Of a DNA stretch of 64,000 bases, positions 36,913 to 48,285 are shown one piece after another. The translations under genes and the position numbers were made by a program. Below the pieces are notes generated by a model. The model did not search any database. It saw only the letters and a program-made list of their open reading frames with translations, and was not told the DNA's origin. Origin of the DNA: Lingula anatina (taxonomy: Eukaryota > Animalia > Brachiopoda); the NCBI GenBank assembly GCA_051362555.1, contig CM120645.1, forward strand, positions 1,426,001-1,490,000, given 5' to 3'. Positions within the stretch are counted from its first letter, which is position 1. Each line of letters starts with the position of its first letter.

Positions 36913-39900
36913 ATGGTTAAAATAGTAAGTCTGAATTGTCGAGGACTCAGTAGCAATATGGTGAAAAGGAGAGATATTTTTCATAAATGCAGGTCCAAAT
37001 ATGACATCGCTATATTGATTGATACTCACAGTGAGAAGAAAAACGAAAGTTTGTGGAAAAATGAATGGGGTGGGGACGCGGTTTTTTGTTCACTAACTAG
37101 TTACAAAAGAGGTGTTGGCATCTTATTCAAATCTTCCTTTGACTTTAAAATCCACAAAGAGATTAAAGATCCTAGAGGGAGTTACCTATTACTAGACATT
37201 GAAATTCAGGGCACGAGACTCACGCTAGGCGCTATTTATGGACCAAACAATGACGATCCGTCTTTCTTTAAGGAGATCCAAAATAAAATTGAAGTAATTG
37301 GAAATACCTCAATAATACTTGGGGGGGACTGGAACGTACCACTTGATTACATAACTGACACCGATAATTACCTACACAACAACAACACAAAGGCAAACCG
37401 AGAAATTGTCCGCATAATGGACAGTTTGGATTTAATTGATATCTGGCGAGAAATGAATGCGGAATGTAGAAAATTTACGTGGTTTGGACCAAATAAGAAA
37501 AAAAGCAGACTTGACTATTTTTTGATTTCTTCTGATTTACAAGACATAGCTGTTGCTGCTGGCATGGATTTTGCTTATAAATCAGACCACTCTCCAGTAA
37601 ACATGGAGATTAATTTTATTCAAATTGAAAGAGGAAGGGGGACGTGGAAATTCAACAACAGTCTGTTAGGCGATTGGAATTATGTAAACTTAATTAAAAA
37701 AACCATAAAAGAAGTGATAAAGCAGTACAGGACAGACGATAATGAAAACGTGGAAATGGCAGAATTTAATATTGACGATTGTTTACTATGGGAAACCTTA
37801 AAATTTAGTATTAGAGGTGAAACGATTAAATACGCATCCTATAAAAAGAGAGAAGCAGAAAAAGAAGAAAAAATAATAAGTGAAGAATTGAACAAATTAT
37901 ATGACTCTCTAAACAACAGGGATGATGAGACTATTCGGTTGGCAATTCGGGGAAAAGAAGATGAATTGAAAAGTATACGTGACAAAAAAATTGAGGGGAT
38001 TATTTTAAGGGCAAAAGCAAAATGGAAAGTAGAAGGAGTAAAAAGTTCAAAATATTTTCTTAATTTAGAAAAAAGGAATTATTGTGAGAAATCGATATCT
38101 AAATTGAGGAGGAAGGACGGAAAAGAAATAACAAATATTCACGATATCTTAAAAGAACAAAAAAGCTACTATAGCGATTTATACCAATCAAAAGACACTC
38201 TAATGGATAACGTCCATACTTATACCTTTTTCAATGACGAAAATCCATTTATTAAAAAACTTCCAGAAGAAAAAAAGATCACTATGAATGGCTCTCTGTC
38301 CCAAACAGAATGTCTCAAAGTACTTAAGAAAATGAAGAATGGAAAATCTCCTGGTTTAGATGGCTATACGGTAGAATTCTATAAATTCTTTTGGACTGAT
38401 CTTAAAGAGCCTCTGCTTAGGTCACTGAATAAATCCTTTGAGGTACAGTCAATGTCTACATCTCAACGCCAAGGTATAATCAAGTGTATACCAAAAGAGG
38501 GGAAGGAGAAAGTATTCCTTAAGAATTGGCGTCCAATTACTTTGCTGAATGTTGATTACAAACTTGCTTCTGCTTGCATAGCAGCCAGAATCCAATTACA
38601 CATTGACGATATAATCTCTTTTACACAGGCTGGATTTGTTAAAGGTCGGTATATAGGCGAATGCTCCAGAACTATTCAAGATATCATCCATAAAACAGAA
38701 AAAGATGACATTTCAGGAATTTTATTAATGCTAGATTTCGAAAAAGCTTTTGATTCTGTAGAGTGGGCATATATTTTGCAGTGTCTTAAATTTTTAAATT
38801 TTAGTGAAGATATTCAAAACTGGTTCAAAACCCTTTACTCCAATGTTTCCACTGCAGTGGAAAATAATGGACATCTAACAGAATTCTTTAATGTCAGTCG
38901 GGGTGTTAGACAGGGTGATCCTCTGTCCCCTTACATATTTATTATCTGCATAGAATTGCTCAGCGCGGCGGTCAAATTTGATCCAAACATAAAAGGGATC
39001 TTACTGAATAACTCAGAATACGTCATTACACAATACGCAGATGACTCTACGCTCCATCTAGCAGATGATAGAGAGTCATTGAATGCAGCTCTGGATATGC
39101 TAGAATTGTTCTCTCAATGTTCAGGATTGAAAATAAACTTTGAAAAAAGCCAGGCTGTTTGGATTGGAGCAAAGCGCTGCTGTGGTGAGGAGTATCAAAC
39201 CTCTAAAAGTATATTTTGGAATCATAGTGGGAAATTTAAACTACTGGGTATTTGGTATAACCTAGCAAAGGATGACATTTATGAAGAAAATTTTAAAGAA
39301 AAATTACATTCCATCAAATCGTTGTTAAATGATTGGTCGTTCCGTCATATTTCACTCCTAGGTAAAGTAACTATTTTAAAATCCTTGGCACTCCCTACCA
39401 TCATCCAAATATTAACTGTCCTTCCTATGCCTGCTGATCTTTTTTTTAAAGAATTGGAGCGAGTTTTTTATCGCTTTATTTGGAACAGTAAAATAGATAA
39501 AGTTAAGAGAAATGTTATGATTAATTCTTATGAAAACGGTGGATTAAAGGTCCCCGAGGTGAAACCCTTCTGTAAAGCTCTTAAATTGATATGGCTAAAG
39601 AAATTGGTAAATCCACATAATTGTTCTTCGTGGAAAACTCTTTTGATGGATGAGATTGCGGAAATCGGGGGAATTGACGTATTGCTACTTCCCTTGAAGG
39701 GCCTACAGTCTATACGCAATATTAATATACTAAATACTTTCTGGAAAGAGATTTTGGGGATATGGGCTTCTGTGCAAGAATTTTCTACTACTTCTCCGGA
39801 TGATATCCTAGCACAACCTTTATGGGGAAATGATCATATTAAGATCAATAAAAAGATAATCTTCTATAAACTTTGGTTTCGAAAAGGAGTGCTTTACGTT

Positions 39901-40719
39901 AATGACCTGATTGATAATACTGGTTCAGTAAAAAGTCTAGACGTTTTTTGTGATGAATATAATATAGATTGTAATTTCCTTGACTATCAAGCCGTCATCA
40001 GCGCTTTACCTTCTGCCTGGAAAACTGTTATAAGAGGGTGTCAAAAGAATCTTGCAGCAATAACAAATAAAAATCTCGTATTATTAAAATCGAAAAACAA
40101 ATTAACAAAACTCTTTTACCCGAAATTTATTTCGGATAAGGAAGCAATACCTCTTAACATCCATAATAAGTGGATGGAAAAGCTGAACATTGATTTACCA
40201 AGTGAAAAGTGGAAGCTAGTTCATGCATTGCCCTTTCGAGAAACCAATGATCATAAACTTCTCACATTGCAATTTAGAATTTTACATAGAATTTATTTTA
40301 CGAACTCGATGCTTTTTAAATACAATATGTTAGAACATGAGCGATGCACTTTCTGTAATGACCCAAAAGAAACTTTATTGCATATTTTCTGGGACTGTAC
40401 ATATGTTCAAGCTATTTGGACTTGTCTCATTCAGAACCTACGTACACAGTACTCTGTTGAATTAAAACAACAACCGTGCTTGTTTATATTTGGAATCCTG
40501 GACGACAGCCCTCTCTTAGGTATTAATCTACTACTTCTCTATATAAAGAAATATTTCACTTTATGTAGACAGAATAAAATTACACCTCTTTGGAATGCCT
40601 GCAAAAAGTATTTGGAAAAGCAAAAGATAATAGATTTTCAATCTTTATACCTACTGGGTCCTCAAAAGGCAGATAATCTAAGGAAAAAATGGGACAGTAT
40701 AGAAAAAATATTGATATGA
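36913..40719 (+). CDS. LINE ORF2p: APE endonuclease + reverse transcriptase + C-terminal Cys/His knuckle
   Basis: SLNCRGL, GGDWN, SRLDYFL, SDH; SPGLDG, LDFEKAFD, RQGDPLSP, YADD; CTFC...HIFWDC. Uninterrupted 1268 aa. Confidence 0.97.
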   Translation: MVKIVSLNCRGLSSNMVKRRDIFHKCRSKYDIAILIDTHSEKKNESLWKNEWGGDAVFCSLTSYKRGVGILFKSSFDFKIHKEIKDPRGSYLLLDIEIQGTRLTLGAIYGPNNDDPSFFKEIQNKIEVIGNTSIILGGDWNVPLDYITDTDNYLHNNNTKANREIVRIMDSLDLIDIWREMNAECRKFTWFGPNKKKSRLDYFLISSDLQDIAVAAGMDFAYKSDHSPVNMEINFIQIERGRGTWKFNNSLLGDWNYVNLIKKTIKEVIKQYRTDDNENVEMAEFNIDDCLLWETLKFSIRGETIKYASYKKREAEKEEKIISEELNKLYDSLNNRDDETIRLAIRGKEDELKSIRDKKIEGIILRAKAKWKVEGVKSSKYFLNLEKRNYCEKSISKLRRKDGKEITNIHDILKEQKSYYSDLYQSKDTLMDNVHTYTFFNDENPFIKKLPEEKKITMNGSLSQTECLKVLKKMKNGKSPGLDGYTVEFYKFFWTDLKEPLLRSLNKSFEVQSMSTSQRQGIIKCIPKEGKEKVFLKNWRPITLLNVDYKLASACIAARIQLHIDDIISFTQAGFVKGRYIGECSRTIQDIIHKTEKDDISGILLMLDFEKAFDSVEWAYILQCLKFLNFSEDIQNWFKTLYSNVSTAVENNGHLTEFFNVSRGVRQGDPLSPYIFIICIELLSAAVKFDPNIKGILLNNSEYVITQYADDSTLHLADDRESLNAALDMLELFSQCSGLKINFEKSQAVWIGAKRCCGEEYQTSKSIFWNHSGKFKLLGIWYNLAKDDIYEENFKEKLHSIKSLLNDWSFRHISLLGKVTILKSLALPTIIQILTVLPMPADLFFKELERVFYRFIWNSKIDKVKRNVMINSYENGGLKVPEVKPFCKALKLIWLKKLVNPHNCSSWKTLLMDEIAEIGGIDVLLLPLKGLQSIRNINILNTFWKEILGIWASVQEFSTTSPDDILAQPLWGNDHIKINKKIIFYKLWFRKGVLYVNDLIDNTGSVKSLDVFCDEYNIDCNFLDYQAVISALPSAWKTVIRGCQKNLAAITNKNLVLLKSKNKLTKLFYPKFISDKEAIPLNIHNKWMEKLNIDLPSEKWKLVHALPFRETNDHKLLTLQFRILHRIYFTNSMLFKYNMLEHERCTFCNDPKETLLHIFWDCTYVQAIWTCLIQNLRTQYSVELKQQPCLFIFGILDDSPLLGINLLLLYIKKYFTLCRQNKITPLWNACKKYLEKQKIIDFQSLYLLGPQKADNLRKKWDSIEKILI

Positions 40720-40891
40720 ATAAAAAAGAACATTTGTTGTAGACTAGGCCTAATAAGATTCTTTTATTTAAAAATTCTACATGTATTTTTAATCAACATT
40801 TGTAAGAACGTTTGTAGTGTGTGAATGGTGTGTGGAAGGTGTATTTGTCTCTTATTGTGTTGTACATGTCTTGTATTAATTTTTCGTGAAT

Positions 40892-40956
<65 letters not shown>

Positions 40957-41311
40957 ATTCGAGTTGTAAATGACGTACTATTATGCAGAAAACACATATT
41001 GCATTCTTAAACCACTTTAAAAAGAAAATGGTTAAAATGTTCTTTGGTATATAACATGTATATTTTGTGGTATAACCACTCCGAAAATGATAACTGTATG
41101 CAAAGGCGGGAGGGAGGGGGGAGGTCACTCCATTTGAGAGCCTACCACGGTGAATGCACTTTTTGCGTAGTACACAAAACTGCACTTTGATTTATATGAT
41201 CTTCTTGTACTGTGTTATTACTACTTTTGTTACAATATCATTTTTAAAAAGATATCTATTTTTCCCTTGGCTGTATTGCTGCATGATCCGAGGGTTAAAA
41301 TCATACATATA

Positions 41312-41480
41312 TATTTTATTTAAAACACAAGTCAAAGGAAGCCTGGTCATTTTGGCCCTATTGCACACTCTAAGTTGTCGCTCTCACCTCCCTGGGGAGG
41401 GCTGGCATGTCCCTTGACGGGGTCGAACCCACGTCCTCCAGATCCGGAGGCGGACATTCTAAACACAGGGTCATCCGGTC
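41312..41480 (-). mobile_element. tRNA-derived SINE
   Basis: Minus strand has a tRNA-like head with B box GGTTCGACCCC, an unrelated body and an A/T-rich tail. Confidence 0.65.
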
Positions 41481-42042
41481 AGAATTAACATATGATCAAT
41501 GTGTTTTGCTGTACACAATACACGTACTTGTATCGACATACTTACCCTGACCATGGCAATTTGCATACAAAGAAAAACCCTTTCATATGAATTGCCAGCT
41601 TTACATTGATTCACGTGAATGATCGCAAAGCGCAAGGGCGTAACCAGGTTACGCACGAATGCACTGTGCGTAGAATTTTTGGGGATTAACCATGATATTA
41701 TTCTCAATAAAGCAATATACCGTGTAGCATGCTATCTATCCATCAGAGCTTCAGTTTTCACCCGGATATAGGCCCTGGTATTTGGGAAGCCAAACAATTT
41801 TACCCAATGTCTTTAGATATTTCACCCCCTTCCCTCAAATAATCATAATCATCACTTTTCGCAACTGCAATTTTTTATTGTAACACAGTGGGAGTAGAAA
41901 TTTCATCCAATACAGAAAGATTAACTTGACTTAGAACTGTCATTCTTAGAATTGTTTTAATAACAGTATGCATGGTTCAAAGCTTTGTATCTTAGATGGC
42001 GGTTGTTCTCTAACTTTTTCTGAACTATACACATTAGCCTAC

Positions 42043-42111
42043 CTGGATTTTCTTCTAGTGTGGGCGTATCTTGAACCCAGTCACAAATCATCTGAACCTT
42101 TTCTTGAATTC
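42043..42111 (-). CDS. Exon 2 of the NLR-like gene (69 bp)
   Basis: cttttacag acceptor and gtaggc donor; phase 1-1; open frame GIQEKVQMICDWVQDTPTLEENP. Confidence 0.75.
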
Positions 42112-42328
42112 CTGTAAAAGAATGAGGTCTCAAGATGTAAGATCTTTAAAAAGGATTTTTTGCAGCTATATGTCGCTGATGACACTGTCATTACTAACTA
42201 CTCATCCAATCACAAGAGGAATAATGGAAATTAATTAAAACACGTTCCTTTTAGACAAATGTGAACCATAAAGGCAATTTATTGTAAACCTGATTTCAGG
42301 GAAACATATAAAAGCATTGAATACATAC

Positions 42329-42812
42329 CTTTAATGACTTCAAAAGATTGATCATGTGCCAATCTAAGGTTTACAATGTTCTGTACGTAATCTAGTAAGG
42401 TAACATCAAGTTCATAATCCCCACTGGTGAATTTACTAAAGAGAGACAGCAGATTGGACTTGAGACCTGAGAAATGTGCCCTAAACGAGGTGATGTTCCT
42501 TAGCAAAAGCACAATCAGTGTGAGGTCTAAGTCACCAACAGTTACTGATGTGGAGGGATTCCCACCAGGATACAGCTGGTTTCGCTGGTGTTGGTTTAAT
42601 ACCCTTGGTGGCAATCCAAAGAGTTTGTCCCTGACAGTTTTATCACCTAGCACTTTCTTCAGCAACCCCGTGTTTGGGTCAAATAGTTCGGGATACACTG
42701 TCTGAAGCTCTTTGTGAAGAACATCTTGCAAAGCCACCAGGGCATAATTAGAAATCAAAATGCACAAATTATCCCATTCGGAGCAGCCGTTTGTCCCTAG
42801 GGTTGTTGCCAT
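42329..42812 (-). CDS. First coding exon of the NLR-like gene: DZIP3/hRUL138-type HEPN-like domain
   Basis: ATG at 42812 after a cag acceptor at 42848-42850; donor gtatgt at 42328 (phase 1). VLNQHQRNQLYP and DLDLTLIVLLLRNI match the DZIP3-HEPN pattern known at invertebrate NLR N-termini. Confidence 0.8.
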
Positions 42813-43249
42813 AGTATCTTTCACTTCTACATTTCTCTTTGCCTTATCTGGAGTGTAATGGTAAATGGGAATTCTATCAGTTTATGTGGGTTTAATTATA
42901 TCAAATTGTCAATACGCTTCATTTTTTAACAAATGAACTTACACAATTTTAAATGTCAAAAGATAGTATACAGCAAATGAAAAAGAGAAAGAAACGATAA
43001 TTACAGTACGCGGTAGGCACAGACGCTATAAGACACAATGCCTTTAACGAGGACACCCTAATGCTAAATGTGTGTAAATTTGGTGACATTTGGTGGCGTC
43101 TTTTCAATTTAATGGACATTTATTTACCCCTGTGAAAATCACAGTGAAACGTCGGATTTGAGGGGGTACATGAAAATCATCATTTATAACAATTTTCGCC
43201 TGTGATGTGATTATTTATAAATAAAAGCACATGATACTGGAGGTAGGAC

Positions 43250-43463
43250 AATATTTTTAACCAATGTTATATATGGAGAACTTTGGTGAAGCGCATTTGG
43301 GTCCATGCCCACTCCTCCACTTCTTTGGTTGGGATATGTACATGACACGTTCACCGTTTGCCACATGAATCACTTACAGGCTGTAACTGCCCTCTCTGAC
43401 TTTATCAGCAGTCAAAACCATAACATTAATTTCACCAGAGAGCTGGAGGAAAACAAGTCTATT

Positions 43464-43496
<33 letters not shown>

Positions 43497-43590
43497 ATTC
43501 ATTAATCACACATGAGAGTGGCGGTCATTCGAAAGGCTACAGGTAGGCCACTCACACCAACCGATACTTAAATTTCCAGGCTCACCAGGC
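43250..43590 (+). mobile_element. Degenerate Penelope-like RT fragment
   Basis: Relics LYMENF, PLLWLGYVHDTF, INFTRELEE and THTNRYLNF resemble Penelope RT (YVDDTF..I.FT.E.E..YRKPTHTD.YL). Confidence 0.7.
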
Positions 43591-46500
43591 CAATTTTCAC
43601 GAGTCCAGATCAAAAACTGTTACGCTTGTTACGGCCAAACTCCTAAAAGTTGTTTGCACCTTTCAAAAGCGTGATTATGAAAGATTTTGGTGTGTTTGGG
43701 TACTTGAACATGTTGGTCGCGGCTTGGTATATATTGCATGGATATTGCTTCAATATTTCTTGAAAAAAATAACCCTTTTTGTTCAGAGTGCCAAATTATC
43801 ACCTTAGTTTTATGGTTAAATGCACCATTTTTGCCTTTAATTTCTTTGTGCTTAAAATTTTAAGAAATTAAGATGACAGTTGGTCATCGTTTTTCTTCTC
43901 ACCGTGGCAGGTGGCTTTGGAGTGGTAGCTTTGTTGTAAAAGTAAGGTGCTCAATTATTTTGACTGGAAAGGTTTGGCCCCTGCCTAGCATTTCCATCAT
44001 GGCGGTTTAACAGGAAGCTTGGCTTTAAGTCTTTGCTATGGTTATAAACTTCCCTTTTTACATGTGTTTTAAATAAAATTAAATCTTTGAAAATACTTAT
44101 ATGAACCCCAGTGCGTCTTAAATTAAAGTCACAATGTTTTAAGTTCACCTAGGCTCCACCAATTACTTTACCTGTTATCTCACTACACTCTACACATCTT
44201 CACATCTTCTGAGTCAAGGTGTGTAATACATCTCTATAATTAAGGGGTACTTGCTTCCGTACTGTAGTTATACTATATTACTTTGGCATGTTAGGTGGCA
44301 AGCTTGGATGTATAAGTTCATTTTATGAAAGAAGCTTTGCCTCGGTGATGACAAAAGTATTCAGCTCTGTTATGGCTTATTCATTACTTGAAATTAAACA
44401 TTTCGTCTTGCAATGTCAAAACAGAAATTCTCTCATAATTAATAATGATTCAGACATTCTTACTAAACACTTTACTCAAGTTTTTATTTCTATTATAGAT
44501 ATGAGAGAAGGCTGCATTGAATATGAATCATGGTAAGGCTGGGAAGAATTAAAATATCAGTGACAAAAGAAGTTCAGTGTGTCTGAGGTAAGCCTACAAT
44601 GCATTAAACATTCACTAACTTTCACTAATTTTTCACCATTTTCAAATAAACAACAACCTTGGGACTGGCCTTTCTGAAATGGCCTTTGTGTCCTGTCAGA
44701 AGAGTGGTAACCAGGGCCTTGGACATAAAAAGGAATCTTATTATGTCCAAGCCGGGGCAGATTTAAATAATTTTGATATGAATGATATCTAATTTCTTGT
44801 AATCAGTACAAACTCTTTCAATTTCGTGGGATTATGAGCCTGTAATCAAGAAGCCTTTTTTTATTTAGTTGTAAATTGTACATTAATGTGGTAAACATTA
44901 TTTCAGTCAAGTCATAACAACAATGACACATTAAACTTCATTGCTTCATTACATAATTTATACTTGGATACTTATAGTTCATAATGCTATTATTATATTT
45001 TTTTCTAACATACTGGTTTCCCTTATTTCTGGCATGCCATAAGCAAGGTAGAAGAAAAGGCCCTGAGGAAAATAATATAACTCGAGCTGTCCTTTTTGGA
45101 GAAGACCTGGACAAGACTGGCCAACAGAGACTGTTTGAAATATCATTAAATTTATAGTGCTTCTTCGTGACATTTGTAATGATTCCCAATCACCTCACAG
45201 ACTCTATACATTTCAAAAGTGGACATAAATTTGTTACTGTCATGTGGAAAAAAAACCCAAAACCTAGATATCTATATTTCTTAATAATAAAATGTTACCG
45301 ATTCTCTGCAAAATTCGGACTGTTTCACTAAAATTTCCCTAAAAGCAGTCACTTACTAGCCAAGTTAATTTTTTCAGCTGTAACATGTACTCCAATTTAT
45401 TTTATAAATGTTCATTCTAAATGTTGTCTTGATCTATAATGACCTTTTGAAAATCCCACTGTAATTTTTTATCCTCTTTGTAATAAGAAGCCGGTTTATC
45501 TTCTTTGATTTGTTTTCGTTCGGCCTATAAGATTCTTAGACCTTGCTGGCCTGTGAGTTGGAAAAGTATGTGACACAGACTGAAATAATCAAGTCAGATG
45601 TAGAAGAATATAATTATTTTTATCTGCAAAACTGAAAAAAGCAAACTTATACTGCATAAAACTGAAGCAACTTAATCTTACTTGTGTAGTTATTAATGAC
45701 TGCTTATGTGTAAAATTTTGGTTTTGTTCATCTATTGATACAGTAAAATGTGGTTTTATGCACATATCTTACTATCACTAAACTTTAGTACAGAGTTGAC
45801 TTAAAAAGTTGATATGGTAAATAGAAATTGAAATTTGTATTCTCATCTTCATTCATGTCTCATTTTTAAGAGCTCAGTTAATATTAATTTTTCTGATCGA
45901 TTTGTACATAAATAAATTTATGTATGAATAAAAATTATTATTAATGATAAGCACTATGTTTGTATCTGCAGTCACTTGTTCACAGACAAATATAAACAGT
46001 GTTAGTATGTGTTATCCTGAAATAAAGTTTCCAAAATAAATAAATTTTGAACTTGTATTCAGAAAACTATCACATGTATTGTATTGCCTCGACTCAGTGT
46101 TTAGAACTTCACTTTAATGCATTATAATATTAAAATTTATAGGCCCTACTGAGGGAAAAATACTTAAAATTAAGAAATTATAAACCAAGGTCACAAAGCA
46201 TAGGCGCTGTCACAATCTATATGTTTAGGGCTGGAGTGTCCAAACTTTTATGTTTTAATATAATATCGTTTGGCAGAGAGGAATGTCACTTTCACAAGCC
46301 AGTTGGGACGTTTTCTATCGACTTATAAGTGATTTATCTCTAGGGTGTGGAATAAAAAGCCTTGTATCATCGATAGAAAATCAAACTCATGGCGACCGTC
46401 CTCGGTCACCATCCTATCACCTCTTTCTATGATATCATTCCCTCCCTGCACACTGTTCAAATAATCACCTCTGAATAAAATCGTCAGCATACAGCGCCGT

Positions 46501-46684
46501 TTTGAAACCACTGATCACGAATTCTAATGCGATATAACGCACATGAAATCAATCTCCAAGCTGAGGAGAGCGACGCAGACGAGAACTTGAGACAGGAGGC
46601 CCCCCGTAGCTAGCTCCGCCCACCGTAACAGACATCGGACAATAGAGAGGCTTGCGTGTAATCTCCTCCTGTTATAACTCTTTG
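43591..46684. mobile_element. Diverged, left-truncated copy of the P-like non-autonomous element
   Basis: Colinear with 49039-52172 and ends in a TIR variant gcgtgtaatctcctcctgttataactctttg. Confidence 0.8.
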
Positions 46685-47415
46685 GTCGCACGAAGGACGC
46701 AGAAAGGACGCCGCTCAGAGTGAACGGGATTTTAGTAAACGTATTTAAACCCATTGTTCAAAACTTAATTTAGCAGTAAAGGCTGAAATGTTTATATTCA
46801 AAGGGAACAAAGAATGGGGGCTTATGGCAGCTACATTGTAGCTGAAGTGCTGCTTACATAATATAATTTATTATTTATCTTTTAATTGAATGAAATGCCA
46901 ATTTTTTGCACCAAGGGACCTAAGTGGGCTCAGTCAACCCCCCCCCCCACCACCCCCAGCTCGTCGGCTGACACACTCAATCAGCTACTATCAAGGCAGT
47001 TGCGCACCCACCAGTTTAATAAGTTATGTATAATTTCAAAACTGTTACCAATCGACACAGTAAAATCAGGTGATGTTGTCAACAACCAGGGCGGATCTAA
47101 AGTCTAAGCTGTACTAGTTTAATATAGGTTATCTACAGTTCTTGGAAATTGTCACCTGGTCGAGGCAACAAAATTAGGTTAAGTTGTAAACCAACCAGGG
47201 CTAGGTTGTACTAGCAGAGATCATGTGATATCAGTAACAGACAGTGATATTCTAGATTCTTGCAGGGGGACAACTAATCTATGTTCATCTTTTTTTTTTA
47301 GCATATTTCTGTTTCCTTCTGTCTGAGACTTGAATTATGCCACAATTAATGCATACACAGCATAATTTTCTATTTCACAGGTATTTCATAGTTTAGGGCG
47401 AATTAATGTATTAAT

Positions 47416-48285
47416 TGTCGTTTAACGGGTCGACGATGACGTGTCTTAGAAGGAAGGTCATTAGGAGGTACAGGGGGCGCTGTATTCAAAAGGTGAACAG
47501 ATCACGCGAGGAATACAAGGGAAACGACCATTCGAAGTCAAGCTACGCTGCTGTACGGACATTCCAGCTTATTCCAAATAACATTTTTTGTATAAAACCA
47601 TTATATAAATATTAATAAGGTTTTCTCTGCGTTGTAAAATTATCAGATTTGTCTAAGTACGAATTGTACCGGAATTGGAATTGGGCTATGAGGGAGATCT
47701 AAAGCCTCTCTTACAACCCGTCGTGCGTGCTAAGAGATCGTACGTCCTCGGAGTTCTTGTCAGGCGTAGCGTTGTCGCAGGATGAAAATTAAGTAGTAAG
47801 TAGTATGTACTTCATGAGTAGGTGTGTCGTGCTCTAAACGTGGAAGTTGGAAGAAGTAAGGCGCACGCACGATCTGTACTTGTGTCGCACACAGTGAGTG
47901 AGATAATCGTAAGTGTTTTCAGAAATCGTACTTACTAAATAAGAGAAACGTAAGAGAAACGTAATGAGCACGGGAGTGTTAAGCACGACACTCGTGCGTC
48001 AAATTGGTGGAACGCACGGATAATCAAAATAGTATAAAAGGGAGAACCGAGTCTCTTTATCATTCACTGTTTTGTCTTCCAAAATCGGCAATTCCAAGAA
48101 GGATGCGCCATCGACTTTGAACTGAAAGCAGACTGTTCGTATCAGCTTTGATATAGGCGCACGATGCACCTAAGCAAGTACTTGTGACGCACTTTTATCG
48201 TGCTGGTCACATGCGTCGTCTCAGTGTGACGCACTTCATAAGTACGATAGTAGTACTCGCCACGCACTTTGGAAGTAAGATAAAC
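47416..48285 (+). mobile_element. LTR-like sequence (possible solo LTR), interrupted by later insertions
   Basis: CpG-rich block starting TGTCG, with TATAAAAG at 48033 followed by cattcac. Similar-composition pieces resume at 52180, 57147, 57941 and 59293. No TSD or CA end confirmed. Confidence 0.35.

Larger units (their letters stand above)
34934..40949 (+). mobile_element. Full-length L1/Tx1-clade LINE, antisense in intron 2 of the NLR-like gene
   Basis: Two intact ORFs, a poly(A) tail at about 40892-40907 followed by (TA)n, and a 13-bp TSD atatttaattcga at 34921-34933 and 40950-40962. Confidence 0.95.

Noticed and set aside
41400-41480. Functional tRNA gene
   Set aside because: Poor A box and acceptor stem, followed by a body and tail typical of a SINE.
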